A stretch of 64,000 nt of DNA, taken from the NCBI GenBank assembly GCA_902630355.1, contig CACOUL010000002.1, positions 59,605-123,604 on the forward strand. The letters are read 5' to 3'. The translations under genes and the position numbers were made by a program. A model generated the notes under the pieces. The model did no database searches and was not told the origin of the DNA. It worked only from the letters and a program-made list of their open reading frames with translations. This DNA is from Planctomycetaceae bacterium (lineage in GTDB: Bacteria > Planctomycetota > Planctomycetia > Pirellulales > UBA7805). Shown here in pieces: positions 25,886 to 34,085 of this stretch (position 1 is its first letter; the number at the start of each line of letters is the position of its first letter).

Positions 25886-27835
25886 ATGCCCGTTTGTAAT
25901 CGGAGAGTACTGAATATGAAGATTGCATCCCGCTTTGTGATCCCCTCGTCTGAAAAAAATGCGCACAAAGTCCAATGCGGCAACATGCGCGGGTTCACCC
26001 TCGTTGAGCTCCTGGTCACCATGTGCGTTTCTCTGATGCTGCTCGGGGGCGTGGTCTCCCTCTTTGGATCGCTCGGTGAAAGCGTCAACGACAGCAAATC
26101 GGATACGGAAATGCTGCAGACCATGCGACATGCGGGACAGAAACTCGCCAGCGATCTGGGCAACATGTCGCTCACACCCGATCCGGCCCAGACGATTGTC
26201 GACCCACAAGGTTTTTTTGAATATGTGGAAGGACCGGCAAGTGACGCGATGCCGATTATTTCCAGCGGAGATGAACAACAACAACAAGTAGACCCAGATA
26301 GCCCCTGGTTCGTCGATGACGAGGACACCAACTACACCGAGGATCGACCTGAGGGAGTGACAAAAAACATTGGCCTCTCCAAAGCGGGCGGACCGCAAAA
26401 CAAAGCCTCATACAACAATAAAGCACGCAGAGCCTATTCAAAATACATGCACGGATACGGTCAGTGGAAGAAAACGGGGCTGAAGCCGGGGGTGTATCGC
26501 GTCAGTATCCATTGGCCTACTGGCTGGAGCAGTAACTGGGCGAGCAAGCATGAATCCAATGTTCCGGTCACCATCACGTCGGGCAGCAATACCGAAAGTG
26601 TGACGATCAACCAAACTCAGGTGCCGAGTGATTACGAGGATCCGGAAAAGGTCGATGGCAATGGAAATCCGATTGATTGGCATCACCTGGCGGAGATCGA
26701 GGTAGGAGCAGACGGTGAAATTGTGGTGCAGATTGGCCCCTGCGGTCAGGGTTACCCCAGCGGTAAATTCGTTTTTGTGGACGCCATCCGCATCGAATGT
26801 CTGGAGTTGACCGGTGGAGGAGGCGACGGTGGGCAAAAACTTGAGTTGATGGGCGACTGCGATGATGTACTCCACTTCACCACCAAGACCGACAATGGGG
26901 CCCATGAAGTGGTCTGGTTCTGTACGCCGATGGCTCCTTACAAGCCTGGTGACAAGCCCACTGAAGAAACGCGTTATCGTTTGCACCGCATACAACTGAA
27001 TGTCAATCCTGAAGAGACAGACATGGGCGCAGAGGATCTATCCAAAGGAGTTGTGTTAGATTCGAAAACGCTACTGCCATTAAACGGCACCGTGACACCT
27101 AAGGCGAATTCTTTACGAGATCTAGCAATACGTGCCAATCGTTGGGGCCATATTAACGGTGCGAGTGGAGAATTTTCGCAATTCCAACCTATTCCTGTGG
27201 AAGATTACACCGATCCAACCAACCTTTTCACTTATATGAAAGCGATGGGGGATGACTGTGGTCTGGGCGACGCACAGATGGACCACGAAGGCTGGCCCCT
27301 GGATCAAAATGTGTATGAAACATGGCTCAAAGAAAGCGGAAAAACCGTGATCCTTGAAAACGTGATCGCCTTCGACGTTCGCAGATACGATCCCCAAGCG
27401 GCACTCTACCAGGCAAGCGTTCTCTCGAACGATGCATACCAGAGGAGTTTGGCTGAAGGAGCAACCACGCCTACACCGAGAACCATTGCGCTGGGCCCGA
27501 GTGATCCCGGGTATGCAGCCGCACAAAGCACAGGAACCCTCGTTGGCCGCGGTGCGTTTATCGATTTAAATCCCGGCACCGATCCGAGTTCGCCGCTGCA
27601 GCCCGATGCGGCAGGCAACAAAACGTACGACTCCTGGTCCGGACAATACGTCACTTCGGGCGAAGTCGGTTTCGATAACGATGACGATGGAGTGATCGAT
27701 ACGGCGGAAGACCTGAGGCAACCTCCGCCCTACGCTGACGCGACCAGAGCGATTCAGGTGGAAATACGTGTGATCGAGCCCAAAAGTGGAAGCGTACGGA
27801 CCATGAAGATTCACAAGTACCTGGGAGAGAAATAA
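25886..27835 (+). CDS. Prepilin-type (PilW/GspJ-like minor pseudopilin) protein with one Golvesin/Xly-like module and a large C-terminal domain
   Basis: Prepilin site NMRG|FTLVELLVTMCVSLMLLGGVVSLF. A third copy of the module lies at about 26303..26803 (FVDDEDTNYTE...PGVYRVSIHW...VTINQ...WHHLAEIEVGADGEIVV...FVDAIRIEC). The start is uncertain: 25886, 25916 or 25985. Confidence 0.7.
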   Translation: MPVCNRRVLNMKIASRFVIPSSEKNAHKVQCGNMRGFTLVELLVTMCVSLMLLGGVVSLFGSLGESVNDSKSDTEMLQTMRHAGQKLASDLGNMSLTPDPAQTIVDPQGFFEYVEGPASDAMPIISSGDEQQQQVDPDSPWFVDDEDTNYTEDRPEGVTKNIGLSKAGGPQNKASYNNKARRAYSKYMHGYGQWKKTGLKPGVYRVSIHWPTGWSSNWASKHESNVPVTITSGSNTESVTINQTQVPSDYEDPEKVDGNGNPIDWHHLAEIEVGADGEIVVQIGPCGQGYPSGKFVFVDAIRIECLELTGGGGDGGQKLELMGDCDDVLHFTTKTDNGAHEVVWFCTPMAPYKPGDKPTEETRYRLHRIQLNVNPEETDMGAEDLSKGVVLDSKTLLPLNGTVTPKANSLRDLAIRANRWGHINGASGEFSQFQPIPVEDYTDPTNLFTYMKAMGDDCGLGDAQMDHEGWPLDQNVYETWLKESGKTVILENVIAFDVRRYDPQAALYQASVLSNDAYQRSLAEGATTPTPRTIALGPSDPGYAAAQSTGTLVGRGAFIDLNPGTDPSSPLQPDAAGNKTYDSWSGQYVTSGEVGFDNDDDGVIDTAEDLRQPPPYADATRAIQVEIRVIEPKSGSVRTMKIHKYLGEK

Positions 27836-27877
27836 CGGTTCTCTTCCCGCCGTCGACGATTCTCGGGTTCGCAAGCG

Positions 27878-28678
27878 TTAATCTGTCGCCGCAGGCTCGG
27901 CGGTGATTTTTTCAATTTGCGCCGGCACGCGCTGCTTCCAATACTCGTAAAGCCGCGTATCGTACCGGTTGTCTGCCGCGAGACGCGATTCAAGTTCGGG
28001 AGTCAAATCCAACCTTCTGGAAAAATTGCGGCCCGTCGCATTGCGCTTCTCGACCTCGCCTTCGATCCCGATCCGCCGGGCAATAATTGGCATATCTGCA
28101 CTCAGTGATTCGGTGCAGCCGACAAACCAGAAATCTTTGAGCGCTTTTTGAACCTGACTGAAAACCCATCCCCCAGATCCAAGGTGGAGCGGGTAGCGTG
28201 CAAATCGTTGTCCTTGCGCTAAGGCAATACCGAGGCGATGGCTGATGACCCGCTTGGCAAGAAACTTGGTCATCACGTCCCGCTCCTGATATCGGTACCA
28301 CGTCTCAAAAGGCGTTTGCTCATCCCACCGCGTAAAGGGCGCCGCATCGGACGTTTCATAATTAAATGCCGAGACGATCCGACTCGCCGGACTGCGAAGA
28401 AATGTGATCCGGCGGGCGATGCGATCCGGAAACAATCGCTCGGTCCGCATGAACACATCGTGACCGGTGATCACCCGGACTTTTGCCCGTTCCTCGCGCG
28501 ATCGTTTTTCAATCGACAAGCGGCCATGCTCCGCGTCGTCTTCCTGACCCGCGAGGCCCAGATCAATAAAATCGATCCCTCGCGAGAGCTTTTCATTCAA
28601 TAAATGGTTGATGCTGATGCCACCAGTCTTGGGCACGTGAAAAAAAATAAAGACTTCGCGCGAAGGAGACTCGACCAT
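27878..28678 (-). CDS. PAPS-dependent sulfotransferase (Sulfotransfer_2-like family)
   Basis: Shows the 5-prime-PSB motif FFHVPKTGGISI, the 3-prime-PB motif FLRSPASRIVSAFNY and the terminal DTRLYEYW. It is the last gene of the long minus-strand operon. Confidence 0.8.
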   Translation of the reverse strand: MVESPSREVFIFFHVPKTGGISINHLLNEKLSRGIDFIDLGLAGQEDDAEHGRLSIEKRSREERAKVRVITGHDVFMRTERLFPDRIARRITFLRSPASRIVSAFNYETSDAAPFTRWDEQTPFETWYRYQERDVMTKFLAKRVISHRLGIALAQGQRFARYPLHLGSGGWVFSQVQKALKDFWFVGCTESLSADMPIIARRIGIEGEVEKRNATGRNFSRRLDLTPELESRLAADNRYDTRLYEYWKQRVPAQIEKITAEPAATD

Positions 28679-28714
28679 GTGTTTCGACCTAGCAGTAAAT
28701 CTGTTCTCTCGTGC

Positions 28715-29881
28715 TTATTCGACCTTCCGCCATGCTGCGGACTGGGCTCCGGCGAGAAAGGCAAAAAACCCGAAAATCGAACCCAGGTTGGCAGTGACAA
28801 AATAAAAGGGAATGGCCGTGAGCGGTAGGTACCAGTGCATGCGATCGGCCAAAAGCCCGAGGAGCGCCGTAAAATAGAATGCGATTTGTATCCAAAGTGT
28901 CCAAAAATAGAACGGGGCATCGCCCCCCAGACTCACGAGCAGGATATTCGCTGCCAGGGCCAACAAAAGAAACCAGGGTACGAGTACTGGCATCACCGAG
29001 TGAGAAAAATAGATCCAAAATCGTGCGATCGGCCAAGGAAAAAGCATCCGTGGAAAACGGAAAAAGTTCTGATACTTTCCCGATTGACTGCGAACCTTCT
29101 GCCTGAAAAAACGTCGCGTTTGCTGCAGCACATCACCACGGGCTACCGCTTCAGGTTCAAAGATCACGCGCTTGCCCTGCTGAATAATGCCCAGCGGTAC
29201 CGCCACATCGTCGTTGATCGTATTGTTCACCGGCGGCACAAACCACTCTCGCCTCGCTGCGTAAATCGTACCGTCGCACATGCAAATGGTAGAAAGACGA
29301 CTTTCAATCGACTGCAGCAAGCGTTGAAAGCGCCAGTAAAAGCGTGTCCCGACACCCATGCCCGACTTTTCTTCATTGTAAATGTGATTCCCGGTGACCG
29401 CCCCAATCTGTGGATCGGCAAAGTGGCGGGTAAGTTTAAGGATCACATCGCGGTCAAAAAGTTCGGAGATGTCAGAAAAAACACACACTTCGCCGGTCGC
29501 TTCTGCCACTAACCGATTTACCACCGACATTTTGCCTCCCCGCTCGGTGTAGGGAAACAAGCGTACTCCCTGTGATACGAAGGTCTCTGCAATTTCGTTG
29601 GTGCGATCCTCCGAAGCATCTGAGCCGACGAGTATTTCTACCTTTTCCGATGGATAGTCGAGGGCGAGACAGTTTTCGAGTTTTTCGCGAATACAATCTT
29701 CTTCATTGTACGCCGCCAGAATGATGGAAACCGTTGGCTGAAAGCTGTCGACGGATTGACTTGCCGGTCGCAAAAGCAACGGCCGAATCAGCAGCAGTAG
29801 TATGGGGTAGATAATGTAGGGATAAATAATTGCTACTGCGGCAACCCAGAAACTCCAAAACCAGAAATCAGTCACGCCCAT
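28715..29881 (-). CDS. Membrane-integrated family-2 glycosyltransferase (synthase-like topology)
   Basis: An N-terminal TM segment is followed by the GT2 core VSIILAAYNEE...VGSDASEDRT...NDDVAV. A degenerate Q/RxxRW-region (RQKVRSQSG) precedes about four C-terminal TM helices. Confidence 0.85.
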   Translation of the reverse strand: MGVTDFWFWSFWVAAVAIIYPYIIYPILLLLIRPLLLRPASQSVDSFQPTVSIILAAYNEEDCIREKLENCLALDYPSEKVEILVGSDASEDRTNEIAETFVSQGVRLFPYTERGGKMSVVNRLVAEATGEVCVFSDISELFDRDVILKLTRHFADPQIGAVTGNHIYNEEKSGMGVGTRFYWRFQRLLQSIESRLSTICMCDGTIYAARREWFVPPVNNTINDDVAVPLGIIQQGKRVIFEPEAVARGDVLQQTRRFFRQKVRSQSGKYQNFFRFPRMLFPWPIARFWIYFSHSVMPVLVPWFLLLALAANILLVSLGGDAPFYFWTLWIQIAFYFTALLGLLADRMHWYLPLTAIPFYFVTANLGSIFGFFAFLAGAQSAAWRKVE

Positions 29882-29904
29882 CCCCTTACGTCTCGTAATA
29901 AATT

Positions 29905-31569
29905 TTATTCAATTTTTTTCGGTGGCACGCCTTGCTCTACGCCATCGGTCCATGACCGCAAAAGTTCGAGATCAATCCCTGGAGGCGTGCCGTCGGAGCC
30001 CAGTAATTTTTGTCCTGGCGATGTACTCATCAGGCGAAAATCTCCAACGGAAGGATCGACAAAACCGACGTCAGTCGCACGGGGAACAACAATATTTTCA
30101 GGTGGGTAGCTTTGTCCATGCACATCACCCACCAAAATATTATCTCGAAATGTCCACTGTTGCAGATATTTTTCAATGCTTGTTATGCCTGGTGTACTAT
30201 CTCTGCCATGAAATCCCACCTTACCGAGGGAAAAAATATTTTTTTCAAAAACAAATCCTTTAATAACCTTTCCAGACGACCCAATCAGCGTCAGTGCTTT
30301 ACCATGCCCCGGCACAAACAAGCCTACATTGTGAATGATTTTTACGTTCTGAGCCGGCTTCCGATCAGCACTTCCATCCAATTCAAAAAACGCTCGCAAT
30401 CCTCTGGAATTATTTTCCGCCACCTGAAGGATCAAATTATTGCGGATAAGAATATTTTTGACACTTTTACTCGGTTTATCTTGTTCGCCATCCGAGGAAA
30501 TGATTTGCAAAAAACCATTGATGTTCCGCAAAACATTATTCTCAAACACAATATCTTCCACCGTGACCCAGGGAGCCTTGCCATTCTGGTTACGCGGCGT
30601 GAAAAGGATTGCTTTGCCGGTTTGACCTGCCGGCCAACAATTTTCAAAAACGTTTCCGCGGACGATCGCCCTTTTTGCACATTTAAATTCGAGAAGATTT
30701 TTTATAATCCATCGCTTTGTGTAGTCCGGATGCCCTTTTTGCCAGCGGAGAGGTTTAAAAATATGATTCCGTTCGATCAGAATGTCGGCAGGAACCATTT
30801 GGTCGATTTTGGGATCGGCGCCACCAAAAGCGATATTTTCTCCCGCGCCTTCGAGAAAATTATTCACTATTTTGAAGGGCCCGGGCCCGTTGATGCCAAG
30901 GAGTGCCTGGGCCTCTGAACCCTTGTCGTGGAATTCGGAAAAATAGCTGTCAAATACCGCAATCTCCCGCGTATTCATTGTGATACCGGTGCGGACGGAC
31001 CCCGTCGGATTGCCGTGGATGTAGCATCGCTCGAAAACGAGCTTAAATGGTAATTCATCCACCGCCATTGCATGTGCTCTGCCCTTTAATTTGTCGAATC
31101 CCAACCTCACAAGATCGTAACACATATCCGTCTTGGTCGTAATTTCAATGCCGACAAAGTGGTAATGGTGCGCACCAAGTTCGGCTGTCACTGCCGGGTT
31201 GGTATTTTCTGTGTAAACTTTCGGCATGTGGACTGCGTCTTCAGGTCGCACTCGGTATCCTACGGGTGGCAAATCCTTGAGATCGGAAGACCTAATCGTG
31301 ATCCACGGACTTTGCCCCTCGGCCAATTGCCCTGTTTTGTTCGGCAAGATCACAGGCCCTCTAAACTCGGCGCCCGCCTGGAGCACCAGATGGTCACCCG
31401 GTTGGGCATCACGCAGTGCCGCATTGAGGTCATCATCTCCCGTGAGATTGATTACCCTACTCGGTGGCGGCGCTGCGACGGATTCGCACCGTGACTGAAG
31501 CGCGAAACAGAGAGCACTCCAGAATAGAATCCGCATCGCAATCATCGGAAACAGAAATTGGTAGTTCAT
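29905..31569 (-). CDS. Secreted right-handed parallel beta-helix repeat protein (candidate polysaccharide lyase/epimerase/hydrolase)
   Basis: Signal-like N-terminus MRILFWSALCFALQSRCESVAA. Asn-ladder rungs recur: VNNFLEGAG, IERNHIF, VRGNVFENC, FENNVLRNI, IRNNLILQV, IIHNVGLF, FEKNIFSL and FRDNILVGD. GC is markedly lower than in the neighbouring genes. Confidence 0.7.
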   Translation of the reverse strand: MNYQFLFPMIAMRILFWSALCFALQSRCESVAAPPPSRVINLTGDDDLNAALRDAQPGDHLVLQAGAEFRGPVILPNKTGQLAEGQSPWITIRSSDLKDLPPVGYRVRPEDAVHMPKVYTENTNPAVTAELGAHHYHFVGIEITTKTDMCYDLVRLGFDKLKGRAHAMAVDELPFKLVFERCYIHGNPTGSVRTGITMNTREIAVFDSYFSEFHDKGSEAQALLGINGPGPFKIVNNFLEGAGENIAFGGADPKIDQMVPADILIERNHIFKPLRWQKGHPDYTKRWIIKNLLEFKCAKRAIVRGNVFENCWPAGQTGKAILFTPRNQNGKAPWVTVEDIVFENNVLRNINGFLQIISSDGEQDKPSKSVKNILIRNNLILQVAENNSRGLRAFFELDGSADRKPAQNVKIIHNVGLFVPGHGKALTLIGSSGKVIKGFVFEKNIFSLGKVGFHGRDSTPGITSIEKYLQQWTFRDNILVGDVHGQSYPPENIVVPRATDVGFVDPSVGDFRLMSTSPGQKLLGSDGTPPGIDLELLRSWTDGVEQGVPPKKIE

Positions 31570-31593
31570 ACAGCGATGGTGTGTGTACTTGCG

Positions 31594-32700
31594 TTAAGGA
31601 ATACCGCGCACAATCGGGGGACCAATCCGGCGAGTGAGCCAAACCGGAAGTCTCTGCCACGTCTTGATCATCAGGCGATACTTTCCACTCTCGGGTCGCA
31701 TCTCCGAAATGCCACCCTTGCGATCATAATATTGCCAAACTGCTGGTTGGCTCTCGGCGCCCCATTGTTTTTTGAAGCGAAAAGTATTGCTCTGCTGGCT
31801 GCTGCGGCCAAAATCAAACGTATGCTGCCCACGTTCAATTGCCCGGCATAGCAATTGCCAATACATCAACATATTCGGATTTTGAGAGTTAAACTCTCGA
31901 AGCGCACTCGCGCTCGGTACCTGGGTCATCCCAGGGGCATGAATCAATAGCGCGCCGGCGATGGGCCTGCCCGCTGTCATCAGCGTACAAAATTCCGCTT
32001 GCTCTGGATACTCTTCAAGGATCGCCGCAAACAAATGAGGGCTGAAAACAGGCGTACCAAGATCGCGCATATTACGACTAAAAACTTGATAGAAAGTATC
32101 GAGTCGCTCTAAACCACCCCACTCGATTTCAAAGTTCTGCTTCTCACCCTTACGTACTTGATTGCGAACCTTGGGGCTCAGTCCTTTCCACAATTCTTCC
32201 GAAGAGGATGGAAGCGGGAGCCGCATGTGGACTTTATCCGTTCGCTGCTGGTTTAACTGCGGGTGCGAGACGGGCATCTCATGACGCAACTCGAGATAGC
32301 GCACATCCAACTCATCGGCCAAATCAACGGCCCTCGCGACAAGCGCCGAGGTCGCTTCGTTATCTGATGAAATGACTCCGGCCGTGTTCACATAGGGTAG
32401 CGAGACAAGAAATTTTCCAAAATAAATCGAGCGAATAAACGAAAGTGGCAAGACACCGACCCAGCGATCACCCCGCTTCGCGACGAGTCCGTAAGGCACA
32501 TGCTTCAGGCCTCGACTCGTTGCCCACAGCCATCCGAGATCACTACAAAAACCTTCAAGTTCGCCCGCGAATGCGCTCCACGATTCGGAAAATTTCTTGT
32601 CATTCAGGGCATCGCCCGAGACCAATTCGATGTGCAGCGCGTCGATTGAAGTCATAACTGCTGGCTCGGGACTGCAAGGTGGTCTCGAATCATCCCGCAC
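31594..32700 (-). CDS. FemAB-family (GNAT-fold) protein of the PEP-CTERM/exosortase-associated type
   Basis: Length is about 368 aa. The C-terminal block NPNMLMYWQLLCRAIERGQHTFDFGRSSQQSNTFRFKKQWGA is typical of the FemAB-related EPS-locus family. Confidence 0.75.
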   Translation of the reverse strand: MRDDSRPPCSPEPAVMTSIDALHIELVSGDALNDKKFSESWSAFAGELEGFCSDLGWLWATSRGLKHVPYGLVAKRGDRWVGVLPLSFIRSIYFGKFLVSLPYVNTAGVISSDNEATSALVARAVDLADELDVRYLELRHEMPVSHPQLNQQRTDKVHMRLPLPSSSEELWKGLSPKVRNQVRKGEKQNFEIEWGGLERLDTFYQVFSRNMRDLGTPVFSPHLFAAILEEYPEQAEFCTLMTAGRPIAGALLIHAPGMTQVPSASALREFNSQNPNMLMYWQLLCRAIERGQHTFDFGRSSQQSNTFRFKKQWGAESQPAVWQYYDRKGGISEMRPESGKYRLMIKTWQRLPVWLTRRIGPPIVRGIP

Positions 32701-32709
32701 ATGCTTTTG

Positions 32710-34008
32710 CTATGCGTTGACTCGCTCGTGATCGGGGGTCACCAGGCATCGCCTCAGATCGACAATCTCGTCTTCACTGCGCGCCTTGAGGTCAACGTCA
32801 TCTGCAATATCGTTACCGAGAACCAGCAATTCACCGTGCGAAAGCAATTGATCCAATTCTTCTACCAACAGAGCCGCCAGGTGGGGTAATCGCTGATCGA
32901 TATAAGCCAGATTGCGACCCTTTAGGCGACTGATTGAAATGCCGGGGTCGAAAATTTTAACGTCGTATCCACGACCGATCAACGTTTCGACCAAAGTAAC
33001 AAACGGACTTTCCCGCAGATCATCAGTGCCTGCCTTAAAGCTGAGCCCAATCAGCCCAATCTTCTTTTTACCCCGATCTTCAATTAAGCGAATTGCGCGG
33101 TCCAAGTGTTCCTGATTGGACGGTAAGATCGATCGCAATAAGCTCACTTTCATGGCGGCCTCTTCCGCATGTCGCGTCAGCGCGCGTAAATCCTTTGGCA
33201 AGCAGGATCCGCCAAAAGCAAATCCCGGTCGCAAGTAAGCTCGCGATACATTGAGCTTCGTATCGCGACAAACCAAATCCATCACCTGCTGTCCATCGGC
33301 ATCGAAAGAACGTGCGAGGGCACCAATTTCATTGGCAAAGCCGATCTTAGCGGCATGGTACGCGTTGCAAGCATACTTAAGCATCGCTGCGGTGGCAGTG
33401 TCGGTAACCACTTTCTCAGCATCAATACTACGATAGAGATTCAACACTTCTTCTCCGGCTGCCGGGTTTGAGGCTCCGGCAATCACAAACGGCGGAGCAT
33501 CGTAATCCCGAATTGCCACACTTTCACGAAGAAACTCGGGGTTGTTGCAAATCTGAATACGGTCACCCAGTACGGAGTCTGCGGACTCCGCCAAAAGTGG
33601 CGTCAAGCGATTTTCCAGGATTCCTGGCAACAACGTCGAACGAACGACGACGTTGTAGGATTGATCAGTCCCACGCAACGACTGTCCGATCGATTCAATT
33701 ACCTTTTCAACTGCTATTGTTGAAACCGCTCCCGTTCGATCGGATGGAGTTCCCACGGCAATCATCGCAATATCCGTTTCGGCAATCGCCTCACGAAAAT
33801 CCTCTGTTGCTCGCAATCTGCCCGCAGCAACTTGCTCGGCCACCAACTCGGCAAGACCCGGTTCGGCAACAGGCGAATCGCCCGCATTCAAAGCAGCGAC
33901 TTTCTCGGCGTCGATGTCGACGCCGATTGTCTGAAAGCCATCACGACTCAAACAGGCAGCCGTGACACATCCCACATAACCGGTTCCAAATACAGCAATG
34001 CGACTCAT
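32710..34008 (-). CDS. Nucleotide-sugar 6-dehydrogenase, AlgD-like (probable GDP-mannose 6-dehydrogenase)
   Basis: Contains FGTGYVGCV (NAD), NPEFLRESVAIRDYDAPP, KLNVSRAYLRPGFAFGGSCLPKDLRALT and GLIGLSFKAGTDDLRESPFVTLVETLIGRGYDVKIFD. These blocks are collinear with the AlgD blocks as I recall them: NPEFLRESTAIKDYD, GGSCLPKDVRAL and SFKAGTDDLRESP. Confidence 0.8.
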   Translation of the reverse strand: MSRIAVFGTGYVGCVTAACLSRDGFQTIGVDIDAEKVAALNAGDSPVAEPGLAELVAEQVAAGRLRATEDFREAIAETDIAMIAVGTPSDRTGAVSTIAVEKVIESIGQSLRGTDQSYNVVVRSTLLPGILENRLTPLLAESADSVLGDRIQICNNPEFLRESVAIRDYDAPPFVIAGASNPAAGEEVLNLYRSIDAEKVVTDTATAAMLKYACNAYHAAKIGFANEIGALARSFDADGQQVMDLVCRDTKLNVSRAYLRPGFAFGGSCLPKDLRALTRHAEEAAMKVSLLRSILPSNQEHLDRAIRLIEDRGKKKIGLIGLSFKAGTDDLRESPFVTLVETLIGRGYDVKIFDPGISISRLKGRNLAYIDQRLPHLAALLVEELDQLLSHGELLVLGNDIADDVDLKARSEDEIVDLRRCLVTPDHERVNA

Positions 34009-34085
34009 TTAATTTGCTTCCTCATTCCGACCCGAAGGTTCTTCAAAAATGAAAAGTAAGTATCCTCTCCATCCCACTCTCTATC

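Noticed and set aside
27823-27848. Imperfect hairpin (GGGAGAGAA..TTCTCTTCCC) overlapping the stop codon of the second pilin-like gene
   Set aside because: The stem has a bulge, there is no U-tract, and it overlaps coding sequence. This is too weak to call a terminator.
30010-30918. 302-aa plus-strand ORF inside the beta-helix gene
   Set aside because: It stays open only because the region is AT-rich. The product is Lys/Ile/Phe/Asn-rich with no motif, while the opposite frame shows regular beta-helix Asn-ladder repeats.
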